From: Ginglymostoma cirratum
Lineage: Eukaryota
Direction of reading: 5' to 3'
Length of the DNA: 64,000 bases
NCBI GenBank assembly: GCA_024137785.1
Contig: JAHRHZ010000013.1
Location: 18,701,010 to 18,765,009, forward strand
The position numbers and the translations under genes are program-made. Positions 1 through 12,400 of the stretch are shown one piece after another (positions within the stretch are counted from its first letter, which is position 1; every line of letters starts with the position of its first letter). The notes beneath the pieces are model-generated. The model saw only the letters and a program-made list of their open reading frames with translations. It did no database searches and had not been told where the DNA came from.

Positions 1-80
1 GGCCCGAAACGTCAAGTTTTCCTGCTCCTATGATGCTGCTTGACCTGCTGTGCTCATCCAGCCCCATGCTTGTTATCTCT
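1..80 (+). mobile_element. Penelope-like element terminal repeat fragment
   Basis: GGCCCGAAACGTCAAGTTTTCCTGCTCCTATGATGCTGCTTGACCTGCTGTG...; the same sequence terminates the GIY-YIG-containing element at 15002-15591. Confidence 0.75.
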
Positions 81-219
81 CATTTTTCATGCCAAACCTG
101 ACCAAAACATTGAAAATGCTACCATTAACCAGAAACTGTTAGACTGCATTCGATAAAAAGTAAGCAGCAGATAGAAGATACTGAGGTAAATTCCCATAAA
201 TTTTGCCACCAGTTTACCA

Positions 220-750
220 ACTTGCATCTAGTTCTGTTCTCCATCATCTCTGGGCTCACTGACCTGTACTAGCTCCTTGTCCAGCAATGGCTCAAATTGT
301 AAATTCTCATCTTTGTGTTCAAATCCTCTCAGTGTCTCTCCCATCCCTATGTGGGTAACTATCTTCGCTCTGTGATCTCTGCACTCTGCCTCTTTGAGCA
401 TTGCCAATTTCCTTTGCCCCACTATTGGGCTTTCAGTTGCTGAAGCCCCAAACTGGAAATCTTTCCCTAACCCTCACTGCTTCCCTCGCTCATTCTTCTT
501 CCTTAAGACACTCCTCAAAACCTACCACTCTGTGTTCTGAGGAAGGGTCACTCACCCCAAAACGTTAATTCTGATTTCTCTCCACAGATGCTGCCAGACC
601 TGCGGAGCTTTTCCAGCAATTTCTGTTTTGCTACCACACTGACCTAGACTTTAGTCACCTGTCCTAACATCTCCTTATGTGGCTTCACCAAACTTCATCT
701 GATAACCACTTCTGTTTGAGATGTTTTACTGAGTTAAAGACACTATCTTT
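220..750 (+). mobile_element. L2-type LINE 3' end, interrupted by a Penelope-type terminus at ~530-630
   Basis: Degenerate (L)HWLPV..RL.FKIL..VFKSL-like region and 3' TTAAGACACTCCTCAAAACCTACC...TTTAGTCACCTGTCC; CTACCAC is repeated at 522-528 and 631-637 around the insert. Confidence 0.6.
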
Positions 751-1554
751 ACTTGCTGCTGCTGGTAGCAAACCACACCTTTGGAGAATGGAAACCCCAG
801 AGATTGGATGCCTCTTCCAATACCAGCAGTAAACTGTAGCTCACAGCGGCATCCTTGAAGGACTCTCTCGATGATATTTCCACTCTTGTGAAACATATTG
901 GTTTGCACAGTTCACACCTCCAGTTGTTTAAACTGCAAAGATTATGAGCTTGCTTTGTGACAGAAGTGGTGTTGTTGATATAGACCCTGTCCTACCACTC
1001 AAAGTATGAATGTACCACATGGGACAACTGACAAGAATCCACATCCCAACCATTGAAACTCAGAGGCCTGGTTTCATCGGCTCTTTATATATTTGATAGT
1101 CAGCTCTGACTAACTCAGCAAGTACATCCTAGATTTAATAATGTGGAACTTTCAATTGTGACAGTCCATGCACAAGGCTATACTTTCCTACCTTCAAACC
1201 GTGTCTACACATTGGCCACACAGCATTGGTGACCATGAATAGCAATTTAAGAAAGCTTCATTTATTTATACGTGTACCCTGTTATTTATACTTCCAACAT
1301 TCAGAAGATTATCAGCTTATTTTTTAATTCTTAATTAGTTGAAACGCTATCTTGGTAAAGAAAGTGAAAAGTGATACACAGAACCACAAACACAAAAGGT
1401 ATAGGAAAAACAATTTACCTGCTGCATTATTTAAATGCAGAACAGCATATGTTCAGCATGCCATGTAAAGCATGGCATTCTGCATTGAAAAGGTACAGGG
1501 AATAATTACCACAGTTACAAGTTAATCAGTTTTTTTTGGAAAAAGGTCTTTGTA

Positions 1555-1810
1555 TAGCCTCTTAAGCAGAGGGTCCAAGCCCACTCCAAAGACTTCAGCA
1601 CATATTCTAGACTGACATCTGAGTTCAAGCTAAAGTTAAGCAACGCACTGTTGTAGGTGCCATCTTTCAAATGAGAGGTTAAACTGAGGCCCCTTTTGCT
1701 CTCGCAGGCAGACGTAAAAGATCTTGCGGCACTTTTTGAAGGATAGGGGATTTTAACAATTAGCCCTCAATCAAAACCTAAAACAAATTGGTCTACAAAT
1801 TGGGGGTGAC
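1555..1810 (+). mobile_element. Deu-domain SINE (SacSINE1/AmnSINE1-like), diverged
   Basis: GCACTGTTGTAGGTGCCATCTTTCAAATGAGAGGTTAAACTGAGGCCCC...GTAAAAGATC...GGCACT matches the Deu domain consensus. Confidence 0.7.
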
Positions 1811-2499
1811 CTGTTCAAAGCTGTGACATTGTGACGTGCCCGGCCGAGGTGAGGCAGACAGCATGCCAATGTACTGCTACCTGCTCTTCTTGCTGATTGT
1901 TGGCTGCAGCCCAGCATGTGCTGGGGTGGGGAGGGGGTGCTGGGGTGTGGATGTGGAAGATAAAGCCGGTGCTACCAGTCATAGAAGACAGATACAGGTC
2001 CAAACTTGATGTAAACGCAAGGAGAAAATGGGCCTGTCGTACTGAGAGCAAAACCAACAAGACTTCCTGAATCCAAAATATTTGCTTTTACTTCTTAGGG
2101 ATAAGTGGGAGTCAGACACCAACTTCAAAAGCTGGTGGAATTATGTGCATTGGTGTTTGTTAATCCCTTCCCTCAAAGCCTATAAATGATGCATACAAAT
2201 CAGAGAGAAGACTCAGGAGATTCTCAGAAGCGCTATTGCAGACCTTTGTGCAGGGCTTGGAAAAGGACAGAGGCCACGTTTCTGCAGAGGTCAGGATATC
2301 CCACTCAAGGAATGGGAGCAGCGAGCCACTGGAATCCATCCTGAGTTCGGTCTCATTGTAGTGTCTCCAAAGGTGTAATAACCTCAAACAAGTGTTTGAG
2401 GTTAGTGAGTTCATCTTCAAATGACATCTCCCTTTCAATTCCATCCTTACTCCTCTCACATCACTCAACTACAAGCCTATCTCCTCCAATTAGGATTCA

Positions 2500-2760
2500 T
2501 GCTGAGCATAACAGGAAGAAACAGTGGAAAATGAATAGGGAACAGGGACAACTGCATCACCTTAGCCTGTTGCTAGAGACACTGTTTCTCCTTACAGATC
2601 CACAAAGATTGAGATACAATATTGTAATTTCCATTTCTGAGATCCTTGAGGATGATAGTACGCTCGTCTTCTCAGATCCACTTCATCCACATACCGCTTT
2701 CTGTCATGTAATAAATGGAGAATGTAGATGGCGTTGCCATGGGCCCCCTGCTTTTCACCT
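2500..2760 (-). mobile_element. Probable Harbinger Myb-like fragment
   Basis: YVDEVDLRRRAYYHPQG resembles the LVxEVxxRRxxLxP Myb/SANT helix of the other copies; lies in a GC-elevated region ~1800-3500. Confidence 0.4.
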
Positions 2761-5074
2761 GCCCTACCATCTCTCAGACCAACTCTCCCCTTCTGCACTT
2801 TAGCCTTCAGAAACTTAAGAGGTGACACCTGGTCAGTCCATGCAGTCTGACCATGATGGACGAGAGCGATATTTACTGAGAAATTTCACTTGATCCGGGC
2901 TGTCCCCACAGTCACCAGCTCACATACTGGCATTGCCCATACTGGAGAGGGAATGACAGAGCTAGGGCCTGCCCGTGCTGAGCTATTTAACAGGAGGGGA
3001 CAACAGGCTGGCAGGTCGCAAACTGGTTCTCCTGCAGCAGATCAGTTGGGTACTTTGACAGGAGCAAGCTGGTAAACATGAACACAGAGAGGCTAGAGGC
3101 GGTGACAAGCCTGTCATAGAGCTTACGCTCACTGTCAAGGAGCAGGGAAGAGTCTAGTTCCAACTTGGCTCAGGATTTTGCATAGAGGCTGGAACCCATC
3201 CTTCCCTTTGGGTAAGATCATTGCCTCTATTGGCTCAAGAGCGACGAGGAAGGAACCTCTCATCTCCTGAACACCAGGGTCTGCCAGAAGCCGGTATTTA
3301 CCTATTTGGTCTCAGCCACTGGCAAAAACTAACACTGGCACAAAAAAGCCACTTAAGTGGCTTAAATTGGCATCTGATCAGGGGGTCATCTGCCATCATC
3401 CCCAGTGTTGGCAAGATGGCCTGGCAAAGAGAGGACAGTTAGCACATCACCCCCTGTTCACCCACATTATTTTACAGTCCCCATTGCACTAAACATCTGC
3501 AGTGGCCTGGTAAGAGTTTGATCATGATTTAATAAATCAATTAGTAAACAAAAGCTGTTTATTTTAAAATACAGCGAATGTTTCAGGTTGTTACAAATGT
3601 CACATTGTACTTGATGGCTATAAGATTAGGCATCATTTCGTTCTAAGTACTGTGGTGGGACATGGTTAAAGGTAAATGTTTGGAAGCTTTGAGGTCACAA
3701 ACCACAGCAGGCTGGCTCGACTGACCGCTTGGTGGGTCAAACTGTTCATCTCACAACTTCACAGCAAGGGTAGAAAGGTGCCTCCCCTTTCTGTCTGTCA
3801 GAAACAGTCAGTGAGCTGCATCTCAACATGTAGCAACTGGAAAACAGGAAGAGTGAACTTTGAACTGTTGAGCAATATCGTAGTTAAAGGTGTGCACATG
3901 TACATGAAAAACGTAAAATAAATGAAACTTAGTAGGACTCTCTTGGTAGGCCTTGTAAATTTCCAAAAAGGGGAAAGATATTTACAGTTAAGATTCAAAT
4001 AAAGTGTGAAGGGCATTGGTATTAATATTGCGACCTCTGCCTATGTCATTGTATCCATCACTGTTTGTTGCAAAACAGAATCAAAAGAACACGACAGCAC
4101 AATCTAGTGCTACTGCAAATACATGCCCTGTTTATTGTATTAGTTACTGAAGCCAGCTTTTGTTCAGATCTGGACGCTTGTTTGAGGCAAGCTGGTTAGG
4201 ACAAGTGACATTTCTTTTGAGATAAAACCACTTTTATTGACTGTCCTTTTCCTGGTTGGCTATTCCTTCTTTCCTTAGCCACTGGCCCCCTCCCATCGAA
4301 TAACTCAACCTGTACCATGGTCTCGGAAACTGCTTACAAAATATTCAAGAAAATTTCCCAGGATGGCAGGTTTACTCAATCACCTTACACAGGGATGCAG
4401 TACACTTACCTTGTACTTGATTAGTGCAATTTATTGTGGTTGTTTTCACAATTGATAGCCACTACAGCATTGGAAGTATCTAATGAATTAAACTAGAAGT
4501 GGTTCAATTGGGTTAAGTAAGGTTTTGCTGTACTTGGCCTTTCATTGTTATCTAACTAATTATTGGAAGCAATTTAATTCACAACACAGAAACAGAGTGC
4601 AGCATCAGACTCATGGAAGTGTGGGCAAAGGGAACTTAAATTGGGCAGGGAGCAAAAATTGCGTTTTCAAACAGCGTGTCAATGTTTGGCATTAAGTGCT
4701 CAGAAGCCTTCAGGCAGGTCGGCATTCCTGACTGTGATGGTCAGGAGCCATTTTTGCTTTCATTGAATATTCGTGAACACCCTGTGTCCACTGGAATAAC
4801 ATTCACAGGTTCAGTCTTGTTGGGAGCAGTGAGGAAAACAATGCGCTCACAAACCTGACTCTTCACGAAGCACGTAGATTGCGAGGTAGAGGCTTTCCTC
4901 CAAGCACCGTTGCACAGATCTTTGCACTAATGCGACTTCTTCAAAATCGAGGCTTTGTTCGCTCAAACACTTCTCGTCCAAGGCCATAATCCCCAACATG
5001 CAGATCCGGATAGACTGGTCAATCGCACAGTTTCAGATAAACAATCTTACCATTTCCCTGGCAGGTAAAATGAT

Positions 5075-5605
5075 TCCCCCCGGTTCAGGAGTTACGAGCA
5101 GGTCCCAGGCTTTAAACCCCTGGTCCAGACCCACCGGCTGAGCTGAGCTGAGGGTCCAGGTCTGCAGCTAGTCCCGGGCCCCTCACGGCGGTGTCGATGG
5201 CAGCTGCATTGGGGAGGCCGGCCGACCGTGAACTCATGGCAGTGACGGTGTTGACAGAGGCGAGATGGTGCCGGAGAGTGCTGACTCTTCGTTCCAGCGG
5301 TGGCACGCTCAAGCACAGTAGTAGCCATGTCATCGGTTTGGCCTCAGGGACCCGAAGCATCTGGGTGGAGGAGCCTGGATCCAGGCCCATAGCTGAGCTA
5401 AAACTGGGAGTTGTTCCAAAGACCACCTAACTCAAAGATGACAATAAGACTACAAGATGAACTTTGTTGTTTTATTTTCTGGCTTTTTATTCTGTGTTTC
5501 GGTTTATTTTCTGTATTTTAAGATGGTGCCAGAGACTGGCGACACTAAACAACACTTTTCACTGTATTTTAATTAAAACATGACAATAAATAAATCAAAT
5601 CAAAT
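5075..5605 (+). mobile_element. GC/CpG-rich non-autonomous retroelement-like insertion
   Basis: Abrupt GC-rich body ending in CTTTTCACTGTA...CATGACAATAAATAAATCAAATCAAAT, a typical non-LTR 3' tail; family not identified. Confidence 0.5.
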
Positions 5606-6758
5606 AGCCAGCGATGGGCCAGGGACAGGTATCCCAAAATTGGGCCCCGCTTGTCATTGCCCATCCAGTTCTGTTCTGATAAAAGTCTGGCACATAATCC
5701 TTGAAAGTATGACTGCAGGTAAATGAAATAATAAAACCAACCCGTTCTATAATTGAGGGATAGGCGGGAAGAGCAAGGAGGTTATATTGCTTAGATTTTA
5801 CAGTCAGAACAAAGTGATGGCATGCAGCACAGACGTCAAAGAAAGCTAGTTTGATAAAAAGACTGCCAGTCACTGTGGCACAGATTTCACTATCAGCTGG
5901 AGTCTGGTGAAGGAGATCTCCAAATGTCCAGCAATAGGAAAATCCTCTAATTTACTAAACAGCGAGCACAATGACATAGTCACACTGACAGCAAATTGTG
6001 TTGTTAAACATAACGACTACCCTTCAAAGTATTTAGTATAACTTTACAGAAAGAAAAATAGAGTGAGAAATACTTAAAGAAGTAGCTAGAAAAGCATACT
6101 TTAACCTTTTATTTTAATCGAGAAATTTGACAATCCACATATATAAAATCAGTTTGTCAGGGCCAGAGAGGTTGCTCATTAATAAATTATGGTTAAATAC
6201 ACCATTAAAAACCCAACTGGACCTCATTCAATGAGATGCAACTGTCTCAAGGATTTTTATTACAAGACCAAAAGTACAGAAGTGGCAGTACTCGTCAGTT
6301 AAATGGTTACTGATTATATTACAGATATCAGGAGTGTACCCTGTGAAGAAACACAAATGGCATAAAAGTTTGGAATTTCACTTTTACCTGCATACTTGCA
6401 GATCCCTGATTTCAGAGGTGAAATGATGGCAAAAGTTGATGGTTTTAATACCATTGCTACCGCAAAATCCAGGCCAACAATTTCAATGATTCGGCTACAG
6501 TTAAAGTTTTGTGTGAAGTTTGACTTATTCCATTATAAAAAATAGCACTAAAGCCATTGAAAGCACGTTGGTTCACTATGTTGATATCAAAATTGAAAAG
6601 CTACACTTGAGAAATACTTGAGACACTGTGACCAATTCCAATGGAATAGAGAATGCCAAGAGCATATTATTTACAAGATTCTTTAGTTGTAAAATATTTT
6701 GATAGGGCAAAAAGACAAATACTATTTTCTTTGGCTTCACTGTTGAAGAAGTGCAATC

Positions 6759-6790
6759 ATGAATGAATGAATGAATGAATGAATGAATGA
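6759..6790. repeat. (ATGA)8 microsatellite, probable retroelement tail
   Basis: Direct read; followed by TTTATTGCCACA...ATAGTGAAAAG, a reverse-complement LINE-type tail. Confidence 0.85.
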
Positions 6791-6877
6791 TTTATTGCCA
6801 CATACATCTAGGGAGATATAGTGAAAAGTCTTCATCAACGTAAAACAATCATGAACAGTTTGAGCTGAAGACAGACC

Positions 6878-7434
6878 TTTGAGTATAGGAGTTGGGATGT
6901 CATGCTGAGGTTGTACAGGACATTGGTGAGACTTCTTCTGGAGTATTGTGTACAGTTCTGGCCACCCTGTTGTAGGAAGGATATTATTAATCTGGACAGC
7001 GTTCAGAAAAGCTTTACCAGGAATGGCGGGTTTGAGATATAAAAATAGAACTGGATAGGCTAGGATGAAGGAGGTTGAGGGGTAACCTTATTGAGGTTTA
7101 TAACATCGAGGGGCATAGATAAGCTGAATAACAAGGGTCTCTTCCCTAAAGTGGGGAGGTTCAAAACTGGAGACATATTTTTAAGGTGAGGGGAGAAAGA
7201 CTTAGAAAGGACATGAGGGGCAACTTTTTTTTTTTACACAGTGGTTTGTGTGTGGAATGAACCGCCAGAAAATGTGGTAAATGCAGGTACAGTACAATGT
7301 TTAAAAGATATTTGGATAAGTTCATGAATAGGTAAGGCTCAGATAGAATATGGACACAGCACAGGGAGGTGGGACTAGTTTAGTTTGGGAACATGGTCTA
7401 GTTGGACCGAAGGTCTGTTTCCTTGATTCTATGA
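6878..7434 (+). mobile_element. CR1 LINE 3' fragment
   Basis: FEYRSWDVMLRLYRTLVRLLLEYCVQFW..., RLRGNLIEVY; CR1 3'UTR ending GATTCTATGAC. Confidence 0.9.
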
Positions 7435-9209
7435 CAAATTTCTTCATGCAGCAAGTTATCAGAGGATTGTAACAGGGAATGTTTGAGGTAGGCAACACTG
7501 CATCTTTTAAAGATGCACATGAATGTTTCAAGCAAAGGAAGAGACAGGGCTCTGGCAACTGGGCAGAGCAATAGAATTACTTTGTGAATTTGTTCCAAAG
7601 GCCAGAACAAACACAGTCACTTCTGTGTGAGGCTTGTAAGACTGTCTGTCTCAAAAAAACAGGTTGGTTTCCCGTGTTCAGTGTCTATTTTGTCATATTC
7701 AACAATAGATATTTAAAGAGTTAACGGCCCTCCAGGATTAGTAACATTTACACACGATTGAGGAGGGAAATTGGGATACCGCACAAATAGCATTGCTACA
7801 GTTTAAAGTTGGATCATAATTCTGAGCTAGTCTTAACAATACTGCGCATTTGCAGCACTGCTGCTTGTTTGTGAATTTTCTGGAGTTTCCTTTTTGTTTT
7901 TAATCCTTGTCATCAGCAGACACAGTGGCACCATTTCAGTTTTAATTATCCACATAAATGGGTTTGTCTTAAGTGCTGTTAAAATGCCACCAAAGCTTTT
8001 CACATTCTGCATCTTGCTGCTTATGCCAATAAAAAGCCCCAGGCAACTGCTCTAGCCAATACAGCAGTGGCCAAAAAAGGCTCCCGGCCCACCGCTGGCA
8101 ACGGAATGTCTTCTTTTCAGTGAAAGTACAACAAGACTTTAACAGACAGCAGAATCTGCCAAGGCACTAGTTTCTCTCCACCACACACAATACTGGCATT
8201 GTTCAAGAGTCATCGCACAGGCCACACTAGGTTTTCAGAAATTGCTACTGCTTTTGAAAAATAAAGGTCTTTTTACAAACTGTTCCCACATGACCGAGAG
8301 CTGCTCGATCTGCAAACAGTTCATAGTATGGGAAAATGTAAAATACGCCATCCCTCCTGTATCATGTCAGAGGATGGAGGGAAGGTGACAGAGGGCAGGA
8401 GAAGAATGTCAGTAAGATACAGAGATTGATTAACAGTCATCACTGAGAAATAAACTAGCACATTTACATGAGCAACACAAATTAAACCAAGAAGTGCCAA
8501 ATTAAATTTGTTTAATGAGGGAAAAGCAGGACAGTGTCAACAGGCTGGAAATTATGGGAAAGTGAACAGCTGACATAAGACCATAGTGAAAATGGAGCAT
8601 CCTTGCTCAAATTCTACATTCCATTTTAAAATCTGGGATTTTCATGGACTAAAAGTGGTTTTCAAAAAGACACTACTGACAAACCAATGTAATGCATATG
8701 GAATATATAAAACTGGCTAACATCAGAATTACCAACTTATCAACAGGCAGTGAAACTCTGTGAGGAGCCAAGAAACTTGCATCTCTTGCTTTAATTGCTC
8801 CTGTATAATGAATTTAAATGTTGAGAGATGAAAGGTCATTTATGGAGTAACCAGCTGAAAAAGACAATGCAGCTGGACTTGGAATATACAAATGAACCAT
8901 CTTTCAGCAGGTTGCTTTTGAGCAACAAAGAGAAAGCAATATGGAAAGACAGCAGCAAATATACTGGAAACTCTTCTTCCCTCCCTCTCTCTCAATATCA
9001 GAAACCACCACATGAAAAAGCTACTTGAATTAAAAAATGTTCGTTGAGAAATTAAGGTTATATGCTATCTTTGCCTGTTCTGAGAAAACAGGACAAGAGG
9101 TAAACATTTGGGACTCAGATTTCACTGTTGGAACCGAAAGCGTCTAAAAACTTTAAACTGGAACTGTGTTTACACTTCTGCCTGTACAGGCAGCTCTCCT
9201 ACTTGTTTC

Positions 9210-9420
9210 AGAGATAGTAGGAACTGCAGATGCTGGAGAATCTGAGATAACAAGGTGTGGAGCTGGATGAACACAGCAGGCCAAGCAGCATCAAAGGAGC
9301 AGGAAAGCTGACATTTCAGGTCTAGACCCTTCTTCAGAAAAAACCGAAACGTCAGCTTTCCTGCTCCTCTGATGCTGCTTGGCCTGCTGTGTGCATCCAG
9401 CTCTACACCTTGTTATCTCA
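9210..9420. mobile_element. Head-to-head inverted pair of Penelope-type terminal repeats
   Basis: Arms 9243-9320 and 9344-9420 are near-perfect reverse complements. Confidence 0.85.
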
Positions 9421-12400
9421 CCTCTCCGACTTGTTTTTTTATACTTTATTATCTGTGTTTGTTGTTGCAATTTTTTTTTCGTGTGTTTAGTAGGCATTAG
9501 AACTCCACTTCCTTTCATGGAAGGAAATCTTATCATTTGACTCCCTTGTTTTAAACTCGTTAATTACAATTTTAATTGAAATGTGATGGCTGAACGCTCA
9601 AAAAGCAATAAAAATATTTGTCATGATTGACCAAAGATATTAAAACAAAGGAGTACATTACCCCTCCTCACCTGTTTACATCAGGATCCTGAATAGAAAA
9701 TCAAACAACACAAGTAACTGGCAAAGTGCTAGAGAGAACTTATACCGAATTAAACGGATTGCCAATACATATTTCGCAAAACCCATGGACCTTTAAAGAT
9801 GCAAATTAATGTGCTATAAAAGAAAATTCACAAGGTTTTGCATAGACTATGTATTCAAAAGCAAGGTGCCTTAGGATCAACAAATATAATGGTCTGAATT
9901 TCACTGCGGTTGCAGGAAGTGGCTGGTGGTCAACAGGCCTAAAACAAGCCCTCTCCACAGTGATAATATGATGGCTGGAGGTTAAACAGGCCGGGAGTGA
10001 CACACAGTCATAGCCTCAAGAGCTACTGGCCAGAACTGCAGCTGTCCCCACTAGACCTCCATAACGGGCCCTGCCACAGCTTTGAGCAGACCCAGGAAGA
10101 AAAGTTTTACCCCACAGTCAGGTTTGGGAGCGGAGGGCGAATTGAGCTGACGGGGCTGGTGGAAGAGCTTTGAAGGCCAGGTGGGAAGGATCAAAGGGAT
10201 TAACATCTGTTCCCAATGCATGAGGTTACCCTCCGAATACAGTTCTAACCCTAACCCCAGATTTCCTACCTCCCTGAAAACATTTATATTTTTCAAAAGT
10301 GGCCTGCCGACTCTGCCCTGCCCACCTGTAGTGTGGGGTGGGCAGCATGAAATAGGAAGCAAGGGGTTTGATAACAAGCTCAACTGCTCATTAAATATTC
10401 GATTCAAGATGGTGGTCAGGCTGCTGGCTTCAGCAAAGAACCATAATATCCCACCTGGTAAGTTTCAGCAGCAAAACCATCCATGAGATATTGGCTAGAA
10501 TGTCCACAGCCCCGAGCGTGACCCTTAGAGGGCAGTGGTGGGCATGTTGTAAGCAAATTTGGAAAGAAGAGTGACATTTTCCCACATTTAGGATGTGTGT
10601 CCACAGGAGCCTGGCAACATGTCAGAGATGGAGTCATGACAGGAGGTCAAAGTATCATCATACCATCTTGTAGGTTCATGTGTAAAGAAACAGAAAGCAC
10701 ACCTGCCAACATTTGGAGCTGTTTCTCCTGCACACTGATTCATGGGATGTTCTGGAAGCTATTTAAAAGGCCCTGTTTACACTTTTAGATGGCAATGTCT
10801 ACCTGTGGTGCCCTCTCACTCTATCTGCCTGAGCCGTGTCAGCTTTCTCAGTGGGGCAGCTGGCCATTCCCTACTTCCCTCTCTCTGATGCACCCTGTCC
10901 TATCTGTCTGCTGCCTCCTGTCCTGAACTGGAAATGAATGGAGAAGCAGTCTGTTAGTTGGCTGCCTCCCCCAAGGTCATGCACTTGGACATAGGTGAAA
11001 ATAATCCTAAAACTTGTGATGTTTATAAGTTTGGAAGATTCGACCCACTATCCTCATACTCCAATTTCTTTTAATGCGTTAACACACCATTTAAAAAGGA
11101 CCGATCTACAAAAAGCCCAGCAATCAAACCAAATATAATGGAGTGGACCAATTATCTAAAGTAAATCTGCCAATTCCAATATTGTGAATCTCATACACCA
11201 TCTCAATACGACTGAAATTCAAACCAGTCTTTTATTATTTACCAACAGGCTTAAGTCAATGTGTTTAATTGTATCTTTATTTAATGCCTGAGAAAATCTG
11301 CAACGTAAAGTAGATGTATAATTTATCATGAAGCAATGTCAATAGTATTTTTTCCTGACAGAGCTAATTACTTCAAAACAGGTGTCAAAAGCTATTAGTT
11401 TGACACCACGCTAATCAAGTGCTTTCAGTGGATACATTGTGAAAGTTTACAATTGTAACATTTTTCTGGAGAAATTTAATTGTTCCAAGGTGCACAAGCC
11501 AAACCACCATCTAGATGTGCAGAGCACTGTTCAGGGTTGGAAATTTGTTACAGATATATTGATTTTCTTTGCTCAAGATGATAATGCTTGCAATACCTTA
11601 ATGATTTATTGATTCTGCACTATTTTAATATGCCCAATTCAATTGGTTGACCGGGAAGGAGAGTTTCTCTCTCTCGCTCTATTATCATGAATCATGGAGA
11701 TTAAAGTAATGCAAAAACAATAAATCATTCAGATATTACAGGTTCAGGGAACATTGCGAACAGAGAAATGTTATGGATTTTTCACAAAATCACAAGTGTT
11801 GATAAAGCTTTGTATATAGCACAGAGCACAGTGTCGGAAGGTAGATGAGCACTGCATGTAATACAAATTCTCACAATTGCAACAAACAAAGGCATACATT
11901 GTGTCTAAATAAAATAGTAGCAGGCAAATTGTAAATAGAAATAATGAAATAATGTACAGATTTTCAGACAAATAAGTCACCTCAAAATCACACAAATAAG
12001 ATCTCTATTGGTTATGCTCTGTGTGCCTTTTGTTGTCACTAACCGGCCTTGAGGAATTTAGAGAATACAAGACAGCTACATCCCGGAGATATACCCATTT
12101 GTGGTTGTTGCTTATTTTAAATGTCGGTTCTACATTTATAGATTTTTTTGCCTTTTTGCAGCCAAGTAAGCATCATTGTACTCCTTATTAAAGCAAATTA
12201 AAATTATCAAACTTGTCTTTCTAGAAAACTGGTGAAATGCACCAGTTATCTATTAAAAAGCAGGAAGCCATCAAGAAAATTGAGTGCATCCAAGAATTAA
12301 AAGGAAGTAAACAGAGTAATGTTATTATATACCCCTATGTAATATATATCCGTACATAATATTTATTACCCTGTACTCATTAATGTGAATGAAAACATTA

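Noticed and set aside
4404-4413. Consensus donor AAG|GTAAGT on the minus strand
   Set aside because: No convincing upstream acceptor or open frame; such matches are expected by chance in 64 kb.
9891-11046. Non-autonomous DNA transposon with candidate TIRs GGTCTGAATTTC / GAAGATTCGACCC
   Set aside because: The inverted match is too weak to define the ends without a consensus.
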